Shown: positions 21,048-31,822, counted from the whole stretch's first letter. The stretch is DNA of 63,830 bases, filler included, from 7 parts of 7 records of this genome joined end to end with filler, not necessarily neighbours in it, one strand, 5' to 3'. Numbers and translations are program-made. The notes: a model not told the origin generated them from the letters alone.

Positions 21048-21960
21048 AGAATCATTAATATTTGATATAAAGGGAAACTCCCTTGAAGATGGGCCGGGAA
21101 TTAGAACTGTGCTCTTCTTCAAGGGTTGCCCCCTTGATTGCATCTGGTGTCATAATCCAGAGGGAAAAAGCTTTAAGAGTGAGCTTTTGTTTCAAAACGA
21201 AAACTGTATTAAGTGCAAAGAATGCGTTAAAGTCTGTGAAACAGGTGCAATCGAACTTGGAGAAGTGATCAATATTAATAGAGAGAAATGCATCAAATGT
21301 TTTAAATGTAGTGAAGTTTGTCCCTCTATTTCTTTAAAAAAATGTGGAGAAAATGTTAAGCAAAATGATATAATAAAGAAAGTAGTAAAATATAAAGATT
21401 TTTATATAGAATCAGATGGTGGAGTAACTTTGTCAGGAGGAGAACCATTACAACATGTAAAAAAGTTATCTTCATTAGTAAAAGAGCTAAAAAATAAGGA
21501 GATTAATATTCTTATTGAAACCTCAGGTTATTTTGACATGGACGAAGTAGAAATAAATATTCTTCCTTATGTCGACACTATCTATTATGATATAAAACTT
21601 ATCAATCAAAATGATCATCAAAAATTTTGCGGTACTGATAATAGTAAAATCTTAAATAATTTTATAAAATTAAAGCAGCTGGTTGAAAAGTATCATATTA
21701 TGCTTCTCCCTAGAACTCCTTTAATTCCAAATATTACAGACACAGCAAAAAATATAGATAATATAATTAAATTTTATAACAAACATAATATATCTACAGC
21801 CTCTTTGCTACCTAACAATCCTATTTGGTTTGATAAAAATGAACAATTGAATCTAGAGAATAGATTAATCGGTAATCAAGAGGTAAAAGAGTTTTATAAC
21901 ATGGATAAATTCAAAAAATTAATTAAACTATTTAATCAAAATAGGATAGAAATTATATAA
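21037..21960 (+). CDS. Glycyl-radical enzyme activase (radical SAM with ferredoxin-like insert)
   Basis: DGPGIRT, CPLDCIWCHNPE, two CxxCxxCxxxC motifs and GGVTLSGGEP; overlaps the GRE stop. Confidence 0.95.
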   Translation: MHCKESLIFDIKGNSLEDGPGIRTVLFFKGCPLDCIWCHNPEGKSFKSELLFQNENCIKCKECVKVCETGAIELGEVININREKCIKCFKCSEVCPSISLKKCGENVKQNDIIKKVVKYKDFYIESDGGVTLSGGEPLQHVKKLSSLVKELKNKEINILIETSGYFDMDEVEINILPYVDTIYYDIKLINQNDHQKFCGTDNSKILNNFIKLKQLVEKYHIMLLPRTPLIPNITDTAKNIDNIIKFYNKHNISTASLLPNNPIWFDKNEQLNLENRLIGNQEVKEFYNMDKFKKLIKLFNQNRIEII

Positions 21961-21979
21961 TTTTCTATCCTATTTTGAT
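21935..21979 (+). terminator. 18-bp perfect inverted repeat at the activase 3' end
   Basis: ATCAAAATAGGATAGAAA, 9-nt loop, TTTCTATCCTATTTTGAT; ends at the contig edge. Confidence 0.6.
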
Positions 21980-22079
21980 NNNNNNNNNNNNNNNNNNNNN
22001 NNNNNNNNNNNNNNNNNNNNNNNTTAATTAATTAANNNNNNNNNNNNNNNNNNNNNNNNNNNNNNNNNNNNNNNNNNNN
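21980..22079. other. Artificial contig linker
   Basis: N-run + TTAATTAATTAA + N-run. Confidence 0.99.
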
Positions 22080-22760
22080 CCGCATGATTCCGAGCTGGCC
22101 TTCCATCACAATATTTTTTCCGGCTAGTACCGCGTCACGAAGTACCGGTACGGAATCAATGATTCGACTGCCGAATTTCTCTCTCCAGGAGGCGCAAAGC
22201 TCCATCATCTCATCTACCGTGACCTCGGGTATGCCAAAATAGGCAAGTTCCCGGTTTTTGCGCGGCAGCAGCATTTCCAGTCTGGTGCGCAGACGTTCGG
22301 GGTTGAGAATATCAACAGCTCGGATGCCGACTCTGGCAGCTTTATCCGAATAGACAGGTCCAATTCCACGTTTTGTGGTACCGACTTCCCAACCCTTCTT
22401 TTTACTGGCTTCTTCCGCGCCGTCAAGCTGACAGTGGAAGGGCATAATCAGGTGGGCACGTTTATCAACGTACAGATTGTTCACGATAACACCGGATTCG
22501 GCCACTTCAGCCAGCTCTTTTTCCATGGTATTAAAATTCACAACGGTACCGGCTCCGACCAGACAGATGGTGTCGGGATTAAAAATACCGGAGGGCAGAA
22601 TATGGAGGGCAAATTTGCCGTGCTCATTAATTACGGTATGGCCGGCATTATCGCCTCCCTGGTAGCGAATAACCATGTCGGCATTCTGTGCCAGGTAATC
22701 TACCAGACGTCCTTTACCTTCATCACCCCACTGGGCACCAACTATTGCGGTAACACTCAT
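22080..22760 (-). CDS. purA: Adenylosuccinate synthetase, 3'-truncated
   Basis: QWGDEGKG, NAGHT and GTTKRGIGP. Confidence 0.96.
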
Positions 22761-23290
22761 TCATCAGACTCCTTCATTTGTTTGTTTTTTATATCCTGTT
22801 CATCTATATCTTCGGCATCCCACGGATACTTAATCCAGCGGTCATCAATTTCGATGGCCGGGAAATAGCGTTTTATCTCTTTTGGAAAATCGGCATTTTT
22901 TTTCTTGCGTTTATTATGAATTACCAGGACGGCAATTTCCTGCGGTTTGTGGTTCAGCAGCTCACTTACACAGTAGCTCAGCGTGGCGCGGGTATCATCG
23001 ACCTCGTCAATGAGCAGAACCTTTTTCCCGGTCAGTTTTTTCTCGACCTCATCAATCCATTGAATTTTCTGGGGAACCCCCGTCGGCTTGTTATCCATCC
23101 CGTAATAAGAGATTCCGACCGCGAATATCGGGCGGTTAATGAAGGTTTTCAGGATACGGGCCGGGATAAAGCCGCCGGAACCGATTGCAACGATTACATC
23201 CGGATCAAAACCTGTGGCAATGATTTTTTCGGACAGAGTTTTTACCGCTTTGTGTATTTCGTTATAGGTGACATACAGCTTATTATCCAT
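22757..23290 (-). CDS. Purine phosphoribosyltransferase resembling fungal Hpt1/Xpt1
   Basis: IVAIGSGGFIPARIL, QWID, PRPP loop VLLIDEVDDTRATL and WIKYPW. Confidence 0.85.
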   Translation of the reverse strand: MDNKLYVTYNEIHKAVKTLSEKIIATGFDPDVIVAIGSGGFIPARILKTFINRPIFAVGISYYGMDNKPTGVPQKIQWIDEVEKKLTGKKVLLIDEVDDTRATLSYCVSELLNHKPQEIAVLVIHNKRKKKNADFPKEIKRYFPAIEIDDRWIKYPWDAEDIDEQDIKNKQMKESDE

Positions 23291-23413
23291 GGCAACTGGT
23301 TCCTTATTAATATCGTCAGCTTTATGGTATCAATAAATATTGATCGGCACAATTAAATCAATAACATCTCTTCAGATTTTTCGGCTGTTAATCGGCATTT
23401 GCTGAGCAGCGTC

Positions 23414-23977
23414 TTATTCAACCGGTTTCATTTCCGCAATATACGGCAATGTACGATACTGTTCCGAATAATCGAGACCGTACCCCACTACCCACACATC
23501 TGGAATGGAAAAGCCCACATAATCGAGTCCTACATCCACGACCCTTCGATCCGGTTTGTCCAGCAGGGCTGCAGTTTTCAAAGAGGTCGGTTTTCGTGCT
23601 TCAAAATTGCGTTTCAGGTAGTCCAGGGTATAACCGCTGTCCAGGATATCTTCCACGATCAGCACATGCTTATCGGCAAGATTCTCACGAACATCCATGA
23701 TCATACGCACATTTCCCGACACACTGCCCGATTTCCCATAGCTGGAAAGGGCAATGAAATCAATAGAGTGCGGTATGGTCAATTTTCTGGAAAGATCGCT
23801 GAGAAAGATGAAAGATCCTTTCAGTACACCGACCAGAACAAGTTCCGTGGCTTTGGCGGCTGCATATTCTTCGTTAATGGTCCGGGCCAGTTCGTTGACG
23901 CGCCGCTCTATAGTGTCGGCATCAATCAGGACTCTGACCAAGTCGGAGGAGAGAGGAGGAATTGTGAATGATGACAT
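23414..23977 (-). CDS. hpt: Hypoxanthine phosphoribosyltransferase
   Basis: VLKGS, VLIVEDILDSGYTL and VVGYGLDY; likely ATG 23977. Confidence 0.95.
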   Translation of the reverse strand: MSSFTIPPLSSDLVRVLIDADTIERRVNELARTINEEYAAAKATELVLVGVLKGSFIFLSDLSRKLTIPHSIDFIALSSYGKSGSVSGNVRMIMDVRENLADKHVLIVEDILDSGYTLDYLKRNFEARKPTSLKTAALLDKPDRRVVDVGLDYVGFSIPDVWVVGYGLDYSEQYRTLPYIAEMKPVE

Positions 23978-24306
23978 CAAATCGTCCTTTTGCGTGTTTT
24001 TTACATTCAAATGCTTTCATTTAAATGCCCGGGCTATTGTGTTCAAGAATGGTGTGCCGGACAGCTGATCGCTACGCTGCAAAGAAATGTTTGCTGCCGA
24101 TAAACGGCGTTAGCCATTTCCTATTACTTCATAGCGGGAAAATGGATGAGAGTCAAGATGCGGAGGAGGGTTGACGGCCTGAAACGTGATTCTGGCTGCC
24201 GGGGGCTTCTTTCGGACAACAAACCGATTATTTACAAATTATGTAACGATGTCAATATTGACAAATTTATAAATATTGTAAATTATAAACATGACAGGAG
24301 AGATAT

Positions 24307-25338
24307 ATGGACAAAGAATATCCAGTATATATACGTGCATTCGGATCGGCTGTGCCGGAACGAGTGGTTACGAACGACGATCTTACCAAAAAGGTAGATA
24401 CTACCGATGAATGGATTCGATCCCATACAGGTATCGGATCAAGACATCTGGCTGAAGAGAGTCAGGCTACTTCTGATTTGGCTGTGCAGGCTGCCAAAGA
24501 TGCTCTTCAGAATGCCGGGATGGCAGCTGATCAGCTGGACTGTATAGTTGTTGCCACGGCGACACCGGATTATGTTGGATTTCCCTCAACAGCATGTGTT
24601 GTACAGCACAAGCTTGGACTTTCAAAAATTCCGGCATTTGATGTCACCGCAGGCTGTACGGGCTTCATCTATGCGCTTGAAATTGCCATGGCATTCATGA
24701 AGGACAGTCATATGAAGAATATCCTGGTGATCGGGGCCGAAAAACTGTCCAGCATCATCAACTGGGATGACCGCAACACATGCGTGCTGTTCGGTGATGG
24801 AGCGGGCTGTGCGATTCTTTCCACTGAGGATTCACCACGTCTTGCTGAAGACCGTTCCAGCTGCAAGTTTACCGAACCCGGGATAATCGATTCAGTGTTG
24901 TATGCCGAAGGATACGGATACGAATATCTCAAGGTGCCGGCCGGCGGATCACATTCACCCATACGGGATGGCGAGGTGGCTATTGAGGATGTATCACTGC
25001 ATATGGACGGCCGTCAGGTATACAAGTTCGCCGTTAAAGCCGTAAGTGACATTATTGTTGAACTGGCTGAACGAAACGGGCTTACACTGGACGATTACGA
25101 CTGGATCGTTCCGCATCAGGCAAATATGCGCATTATCCAGGCAGCGGCGAGAAGGCTGAAAATTCCCATGGATAAGTTCTACCTGAATATTGAAACATTC
25201 GCCAATACTTCAGCAGCTTCCATTCCATTGGCAGCGACTGAGATGCAGGGTAAAGGCATAATTAAACCGGGAGATGTGGTGCTTACCGTCGGTTTCGGTG
25301 CCGGGCTTACCTACGGCGGCAATTTATTTGTCTGGTAG
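24307..25338 (+). CDS. fabH: Beta-ketoacyl-ACP synthase III
   Basis: AGCTGF, FGDGAG, PHQAN, NTSAAS and GFGAG. Confidence 0.96.
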   Translation: MDKEYPVYIRAFGSAVPERVVTNDDLTKKVDTTDEWIRSHTGIGSRHLAEESQATSDLAVQAAKDALQNAGMAADQLDCIVVATATPDYVGFPSTACVVQHKLGLSKIPAFDVTAGCTGFIYALEIAMAFMKDSHMKNILVIGAEKLSSIINWDDRNTCVLFGDGAGCAILSTEDSPRLAEDRSSCKFTEPGIIDSVLYAEGYGYEYLKVPAGGSHSPIRDGEVAIEDVSLHMDGRQVYKFAVKAVSDIIVELAERNGLTLDDYDWIVPHQANMRIIQAAARRLKIPMDKFYLNIETFANTSAASIPLAATEMQGKGIIKPGDVVLTVGFGAGLTYGGNLFVW

Positions 25339-25470
25339 AGCAATAATACTCAAGTCTATTCTGTGTTCCATGATATATTACGGCAGGAAACGGAACGGTA
25401 AATATTGAAGGATTTTTCCAATACGGATATAGTTTATCCGAGGATACCATACAAAACCAAAGGGGTTTAT

Positions 25471-26418
25471 ATGAAAAAGAGTGTCTGTTTTTTTCCTGGC
25501 CAGGGCGCGCAGTATGCCGGCATGGGACAGGATCTTTATAACGAATCAGCAGCAGTGCGTGATGTATTCAGCACGGCTTCAGACGCCACCGGGCGCGATC
25601 TGAAAGAGCTGATTTTTACCGGTACAGAAGAGGATTTGAAGAACACTTCCAATACACAGGTCGCCATTACCCTGGTCAGCATCGCTTCCTACACCATTCT
25701 GAAAGAACGCGGTCTGTTGAACGGTTCAGATAGTAAACCGATCTTTGCCGGATTCAGCCTTGGTGAACTTTCCGCTTACTACGCGGCTGGAATCTATGAT
25801 CTTGACACCTTATTCAAGATTGCCAATATGCGGGGCAACCTAATGGCTAAAGCCGCGGCCGAAGCTGTGGAAACATATGGAACACTCGGCATGGCTGCCG
25901 TAATCGGGAAGGGATTCGATGAAGTGCAGGCTGTTATCAAGGAGACAGGACTGCAGCATATATATCCATCCAACGACAATGGCCCGAAACAGGTGGTGGT
26001 AGCCGGTGTTCAGGAAAATATCGGTAAACTTACGGAAGCGCTGAAAGCAGCCGGAACCAGAAGAGTAATTCCCCTGAAAGTCGGTGCCCCCTTCCATACT
26101 CCGTTCCTTGAACCGGCAGCTGAAGAGTTCAAAGGATTTGTCAGTGATTTTTCTTTCAATGATCCAGTAGAGACGGTATATACAAATGTTAACGGCGGTG
26201 TGGTAGTTTCCGGTGAGGATGCCAGAATGAACCTGAGTCGTCAGCAGATTTCCCCGGTACGCTGGACCGGAATCATACTTTCCATAGCGGAAGATGATGA
26301 TATTGCGGCTTGCTATGAAGCAGGTCCCGGCAAGGTGCTTTCAGGATTGTGGAGAAACAGCGGAAGCTCAATCTCCTGCAGTATGGCGGGAACCATGGAG
26401 CAGATAAACGCGCTGTAA
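25471..26418 (+). CDS. fabD: Malonyl-CoA:ACP transacylase
   Basis: FPGQGAQ, GFSLGE and APFHT; likely ATG 25471. Confidence 0.94.
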   Translation: MKKSVCFFPGQGAQYAGMGQDLYNESAAVRDVFSTASDATGRDLKELIFTGTEEDLKNTSNTQVAITLVSIASYTILKERGLLNGSDSKPIFAGFSLGELSAYYAAGIYDLDTLFKIANMRGNLMAKAAAEAVETYGTLGMAAVIGKGFDEVQAVIKETGLQHIYPSNDNGPKQVVVAGVQENIGKLTEALKAAGTRRVIPLKVGAPFHTPFLEPAAEEFKGFVSDFSFNDPVETVYTNVNGGVVVSGEDARMNLSRQQISPVRWTGIILSIAEDDDIAACYEAGPGKVLSGLWRNSGSSISCSMAGTMEQINAL

Positions 26419-26455
26419 CATACAGCGTTATGTTATACATGTGAAGGAGTAGGAT

Positions 26456-27208
26456 GTGAACGGCAGTGATTGGAACGGAAAACATGTGGTCGTAACAGGC
26501 GGTTCAAAAGGTATCGGTCTGGCAATCGTGGAGGCCTATATTCGGGAAGGTGCCGATGTGTGGTATCTCAGCAGATCTCAGGCTGAAACGCATGCTGATC
26601 TGGCTGCGACTGCCGGAGAAAACGGCTGTTCGCTGGAGTGGATACAGACCGATATGGCCGATGAGGCATCGATTGAGGGAGCGCTTAAGAGTGTTCTTGC
26701 TGCCGCCGGTTCGGTAGATGTTCTGGTAAACAACGCCGGTATTACCCGGGACGGCTTAATCATGCGCATGAAGTCGGAAGCATGGGATGAAGTTCTGAAT
26801 GTAAACCTGAAAGGGGTATTTATCGCATGTCGTACACTGGCTCGACCGATGGCTAAATCACGCGGCGGATCGATTATCAATATTTCGTCGGTAGTTGGAA
26901 TAATCGGTAACGGAGGTCAGACAAATTACTCGGCTTCAAAAGCGGGTATGATCGGGTTTTCGAAAAGCCTGGCGCGGGAACTTGCATCCAGAGATGTACG
27001 GGTGAATGTGATTGCTCCCGGATTTGTGGAGACACAGATGACTGCCGTCTTGAAGGATGAGCAGAAGGAAGCACTTGCAAAGCAGATTCCGCTGGGACGC
27101 ATGGGACAGCCGGCAGATATAGCTGAATCGGTGCTGTTTCTTTCATCTGGTAAAGCGGGATATATAACCGGTCAGGTGCTTGCCGTAGACGGCGGTATGG
27201 TAATGTAA
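26456..27208 (+). CDS. fabG: 3-oxoacyl-ACP reductase
   Basis: TGGSKGIG, NNAGITRD and YSASK; fab context. Confidence 0.95.
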   Translation: MNGSDWNGKHVVVTGGSKGIGLAIVEAYIREGADVWYLSRSQAETHADLAATAGENGCSLEWIQTDMADEASIEGALKSVLAAAGSVDVLVNNAGITRDGLIMRMKSEAWDEVLNVNLKGVFIACRTLARPMAKSRGGSIINISSVVGIIGNGGQTNYSASKAGMIGFSKSLARELASRDVRVNVIAPGFVETQMTAVLKDEQKEALAKQIPLGRMGQPADIAESVLFLSSGKAGYITGQVLAVDGGMVM

Positions 27209-27337
27209 TACAGTGCTCGAGACTTAGCATTAAGTCAGGCAGATAGCATTAAAAGAACAAATATAGAGAAAAGATGTATACATCTTTGGTATACAGAATG
27301 TGATCAGGATACAATGAGGAAAGGAGATATAACCGTT

Positions 27338-28599
27338 ATGGGTGAAAAAGAGAGAAGAGTTGTAATAACCGGTATGGGAGCTATTACTCCTTTGGGACAC
27401 ACTGTCAAAGAACTCTGGGACGGAATAAAAGCCGGAAAGTCAGGAATTACCAACACTACACTTGTGGATGTCAGTGATCTGCCGTCACAGGTTGCCGGTG
27501 AAGTGAAGAATTTCAAGGCATCGGACTTCATGGATAAAAAAGAGGCCCGCAACATGGCACGCTTTACCCAATTTGCGGTTACCGGAACGATAGAAGCTAT
27601 GCAGGATGCCGGATTTGGTCCAAATGGTGAAGGCGGTTATGATCCTGAGCGTTTCGGAGTGTATCTTGGTAATGGGATCGGCGGTTTTGAGATTGCCGAG
27701 GACGGCGTCAGTAAGCTGAATGCACGTGGTCCGCGCGGAATTCCCCAATGACCATTCCTAAAATGATCACGAATGAAGCCGGTGGAAACATCGCTATTAA
27801 ATTCGGACTGCTTGGTCCCTGTAACACCATTGCAACAGCTTGTGCGTCAGCCACCGATGCAATCGGTCTTGGATATATGGCAGTGAAGCACGGCACGTTG
27901 GATGCTATCGTGACCGGCGGTACTGAAGCGGCTATTACACGCCTTGGCATCGGCGGTTTCTGTCGAATTCAGGCCCTGTCTACCGAATACAACGATCGAC
28001 CGGAAGAGGCTTGCCGACCTTTTGATAAAGATCGTGACGGATTTGTTCTCGGCGAAGGTGCCGGAATCCTGATTCTAGAGGAACTTGAGCATGCAAAAGC
28101 CAGAGGGGCCGAAATCTATGCCGAACTTGTCGGTTATGGTCAGACCTGTGACGCGTTTCACCTTACAGCGCCGAATCCGGAGGGGCAGGGTGCAGCCAGA
28201 GCGATGAAAGCGGCTCTGAGAGATGCCGGCATGCAGCCTGAGGATATCGATTATATCAATGCGCATGGTACCTCCACTCCGGTAAATGATCCCATGGAAA
28301 CCAATGCTATCAAGCTTGCTTTTGGTGAGCATGCCTATAAATTGAAAGTATCTTCCACGAAGTCGATGACGGCCCATATAGTCGGTGGTGCAGGCGGCGT
28401 GGAATTGATCATTTCCATAATGGCGCTTAAGGAACAGTTTTTCCCGTGTACTCTTAATATGAATGAAGCCGATCCTGCTTGTGATCTGGATTACGTTCCT
28501 AACAAGGGTTATCATGGCAGAATCAGAGCCGCGCTCTCCGAATCCCTCGGTTTCGGCGGACATAACGGAGCTCTGATTGTTAAGGAGTATAAGGAATAA
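27338..28599 (+). CDS. fabF: Beta-ketoacyl-ACP synthase II, 1-nt frameshift in a C-run near 27745
   Basis: RRVVITGMG in the first frame; TACASA, NAHGTST and GFGGHN in the second. One added C restores ...GIPPMTIPK. Confidence 0.93.
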
Positions 28600-28604
28600 T
28601 TTCA

Positions 28605-29041
28605 ATGGCTGAGATCTATAGAACTATTAATGAACTGCTTCCGCATCGTGACCCGTTTGTCTTTGTGGACAGGCTGACCTATTCCACAAAGGATGAAGTG
28701 CATGGTGAGTACACCTTTACCGGTGATGAAGTCTTTTTCCAGGGCATTTCCCCGGGCATCCGATTGTTCCCGGGGTTCTGCTGGTGGAGATGATGGCTCA
28801 GTGCGGCGGTGCCGGCATGAAACAGGCTGGTGTCATTCCAGAGCACGGGCTCTTTTTTCTGGCCACGATTGACAAAACCAAGTTCAGGAAAGAGGTGAAG
28901 CCGGGCGACACCTGCACGATTGAGGTGAAGAATCTGCGGGCCAGCAAGTCCATGCTGAAACAGACCGGTATAATCAAGGTAAATGGTGAAGTCTATACTG
29001 AAGCTACCTGGATGTGCATAGTCGGGATGGTTGAAGAATAG
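28605..29041 (+). CDS. fabZ: 3-hydroxyacyl-ACP dehydratase, 1-nt frameshift in a G-run near 28743
   Basis: LLPHRDPF; one added G restores [22 protein letters not shown]. Confidence 0.92.
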
Positions 29042-29062
29042 GCTCAAACTCCATATATTTCA

Positions 29063-29589
29063 TTATCTTATAAGATATTCCAAATGAATATCTTCCGGTT
29101 CCAGCCTAAATAATTCAGGCTCTATATGCTTTGTTACTGTACACCCCATATGCATATAGAAATCGACGGTATTTTTATTCTCATTGGATGAAATATATAC
29201 TTTTGCCGCGCCCTTTTGCCGGGCGGTTTCCACCGCTTTCATAAACAGTACTTTCCCTATTCCCTGCTTTCGGAAATATCGATCTATATGCAGGAATTTC
29301 AATTGCAGGGTATCCTTGCACGGGCCGATCCATAGTGTATCAAGAACGATTACAGCTTTCAGAATATCATCTTTAAAAGCACCCCAAAAGAATCCGCCGC
29401 GGGCGTAACACTCTTTTAACTGAGATCCGTACAGTTCAATTGTATGAGAGGGCCAGCCTGTGCAGAAAAATCAAACTGCTCTTCAAACAGCCTGCCATTA
29501 CGGTAGCGATATAATGAGGTAAATTGTTCACTTCTGTCGATACTCCAGATCTGGGCAAGATCCTCTTTGCGCAATTGTCTGTAATTCAT
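29063..29589 (-). CDS. GNAT-family acetyltransferase, 1-nt frameshift near 29457
   Basis: ATG 29589 gives MNYRQLRKEDLAQIWSIDRSE; second frame has FRKQGIGK and FYMHMG. Start overlaps the lipoprotein stop. Confidence 0.82.
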
Positions 29590-30869
29590 TAATTCAGGTA
29601 ATAGATATTCACACCACCGATACCGCTGGCCACGAAGATGTGATTTGCCTTGAAATCTATATGGTTTGCCGAATAAGGTGTTCCTCCCTCGTTCAAACCC
29701 TCATAAGAGATATATCCGACTACTTCGGCAAAAGTCGCATTTTTTCCCGATAAATTCAATAATCGCAGCAGCCTGAAGCCATACTCTCCGTTGGCTGAGA
29801 ATATATAACTCCCATCCGTTGAGACGCTGTTCGTGTTGGTTTTGTCCGTGAAATCAGCAGTCGGGTTGTCCAGCTCAAAGACAAATTCGGAATCCTCTTC
29901 ATTAGCTTTAATATCGAGAACTTTCATGCCTGCTTCTGACAATCCAAGAAACGCGTACTTTGAATTATGTGTTTCGATTGTAGATTTATGGTAGGGAGAA
30001 TCAAAATCTGGCAAAGAAAAGACAACAGGATTTTCCAGATCATTAGCGGGGTAGATAAGAACTCTCCCGTTCTCCTGATCATTGTCGGTCGTTCCTGCCA
30101 CGGTAATAAATCCATTCTGGTAATTCCAGACATCACGTACGTCCGGCAGGTCAATAAATCCGGTGATGCTCAGGGAGCTGTTCAGAATTTGGACACCGCC
30201 ATCCAGCGCGCCAACCCCGACATAAAAGGTGTTGCCATGGTTTGTTATTGCCGTTGTCGCATAACTCTGCAGCCCTACCAGAGAGTTTATAATGGCTTCG
30301 ATATCGACATTCGGGAGACTGCTTAACTCAATTTTACCGATAAAACTTCTAAAACCGAATTGGGTTGCATCTGTCTGGCCGCCGAAATAGAGATCCCCGC
30401 CCGATATTTCTATGGTATTTATATCCATGTTGGAAAATGTAATTTCCGTCAGAATTTCCGGCTCGCCCGGGCTGGAAATATCGACAATCTGGATTGCACC
30501 CTTGAATAGACTACCAGCGTAATTATAGGCGATGTAGGCAGTATTACCATTGATAACTACATCGTTGGCGTGTACCGACACACCATCGACTTCTACCGGC
30601 AGGATGCGTGCTTTATAGGTGATAGTTTTTTCAAAATCTTCAACCTTGGTCTTTGGAGCCCGTGCCCCGGAAGTCTGGATCCCGGCAGTCAGAGAACGAC
30701 TTATTCCTCCATCTGCCTCCTCGTATATATCAACTTCACTATCATGCTGCTCCATAGCCTTGTCATCCGACATACTAATAATTATTTCCGGATTGGGAAG
30801 AAAACAGGCCGCGGTCGATACAATCAGAAGGCCGATTACTGCTATTGTTATAAAACGCTTTGTTTTCAT
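29589..30869 (-). CDS. Lipoprotein with LVIVD-like beta-propeller repeats
   Basis: Signal MKTKRFITIAVIGLLIVSTAAC; blade-like segments GAIQIVDIS, AGMKVLDI and FVASGIGGVNIY. Confidence 0.75.
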   Translation of the reverse strand: MKTKRFITIAVIGLLIVSTAACFLPNPEIIISMSDDKAMEQHDSEVDIYEEADGGISRSLTAGIQTSGARAPKTKVEDFEKTITYKARILPVEVDGVSVHANDVVINGNTAYIAYNYAGSLFKGAIQIVDISSPGEPEILTEITFSNMDINTIEISGGDLYFGGQTDATQFGFRSFIGKIELSSLPNVDIEAIINSLVGLQSYATTAITNHGNTFYVGVGALDGGVQILNSSLSITGFIDLPDVRDVWNYQNGFITVAGTTDNDQENGRVLIYPANDLENPVVFSLPDFDSPYHKSTIETHNSKYAFLGLSEAGMKVLDIKANEEDSEFVFELDNPTADFTDKTNTNSVSTDGSYIFSANGEYGFRLLRLLNLSGKNATFAEVVGYISYEGLNEGGTPYSANHIDFKANHIFVASGIGGVNIYYLN

Positions 30870-31035
30870 ACAATTCATCCTTATACGGGTGGTCAATTTC
30901 ACACTGGTGAAACTATTACCATATAACTCAACTATAGCACTCATTCAGGATTATTTCAAAATGCAGCAATGTGATATATAATGAAAAAGTTCTTATTACT
31001 TGCCAATATCGAATACCCCCGATAAAACGGAGTAG

Positions 31036-31797
31036 ATGATGAAAAAAATATTCATTCTTGGCGCGGTACTGCTGCTTGCTTTCCAGAGCATTGCAGGAGG
31101 TGATTTCCGCAATATTACCACCGTAGAGGTGGATACCGATACGTATGGAGCGCTTGGTTTGGCGGTAGAGGATGCCTTCATAGCCCGTGTCTCCAAGGAT
31201 GTTTCACTGATAATAAAAGGGTATCATACCCAGGGGTACAATATGCTTATACCCAGTTCGGATCCGACGCTTACCTTTAGCGAAACTGTGGGGGCAGTAG
31301 TCAATTTCGGGCCGTTCTACTCTGAAATTTCATACACACTTTCACAGTATCCGGAGAGTGTAACTACTCATACCATCTATATGGACGGCACGAAAGAAGG
31401 ACCCGAATTTTTAATTACTCCAGCCCTGAAAGCTGTTTTTGCCGCCGATAGTACGGTTTTAATGCCCAGTTTTTCCTATTTCAACTATGCCGATCCCGAA
31501 ATCCGTTATCGGGGAAAAGTTTTCGGTAGCTGGGATATCGGGGCAAGTGTGAACGGAGCCCTTTGGCTGGAAGGAATATATATCCCTGGCGGTGATTTTA
31601 CCTATCGCCTTGGATCAGCACTTGGCACCCTCTACACAGCAAGTGATACTGATCTGAGATTGGAATTCTCTCTTCTGCCGGGGGTGGACTGGAAGGTCTC
31701 TGATTCAGTTGTTTTAAAATACAATTTCAGCTGGATAGTTGAGCAGAATGCTGCTCAGACGCTGGGACACAGTATTGTGTGTGATGTGCGATTCTAG
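31036..31797 (+). CDS. Putative outer-membrane beta-barrel (YaiO-like)
   Basis: Signal peptide, alternating amphipathic strands and C-terminal ...CDVRF. Confidence 0.65.
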   Translation: MMKKIFILGAVLLLAFQSIAGGDFRNITTVEVDTDTYGALGLAVEDAFIARVSKDVSLIIKGYHTQGYNMLIPSSDPTLTFSETVGAVVNFGPFYSEISYTLSQYPESVTTHTIYMDGTKEGPEFLITPALKAVFAADSTVLMPSFSYFNYADPEIRYRGKVFGSWDIGASVNGALWLEGIYIPGGDFTYRLGSALGTLYTASDTDLRLEFSLLPGVDWKVSDSVVLKYNFSWIVEQNAAQTLGHSIVCDVRF

Positions 31798-31822
31798 CCA
31801 AGCAGAAGATACCGGACAGGGA

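Noticed and set aside
9960-21979. LacI/GRE contig as one pathway with the sulfatase-AOR-ADH genes
   Set aside because: A linker at 16257-16356 separates them; there is no evidence of adjacency.
24230-24290. AT-rich TTTACAAA/TTGACAAA repeats before fabH as a regulator site
   Set aside because: Low complexity and overlapping a plausible -35; cannot be separated from promoter sequence.
24010-24300. Purine or ZTP riboswitch upstream of hpt-purA
   Set aside because: Only a GCCCGGGC resemblance; the conserved cores of both aptamers were not found.
27314-29041. Programmed frameshifting or pseudogenes in fabF/fabZ
   Set aside because: One-base homopolymer losses match a window-wide error pattern; no slippery site with downstream structure is evident.
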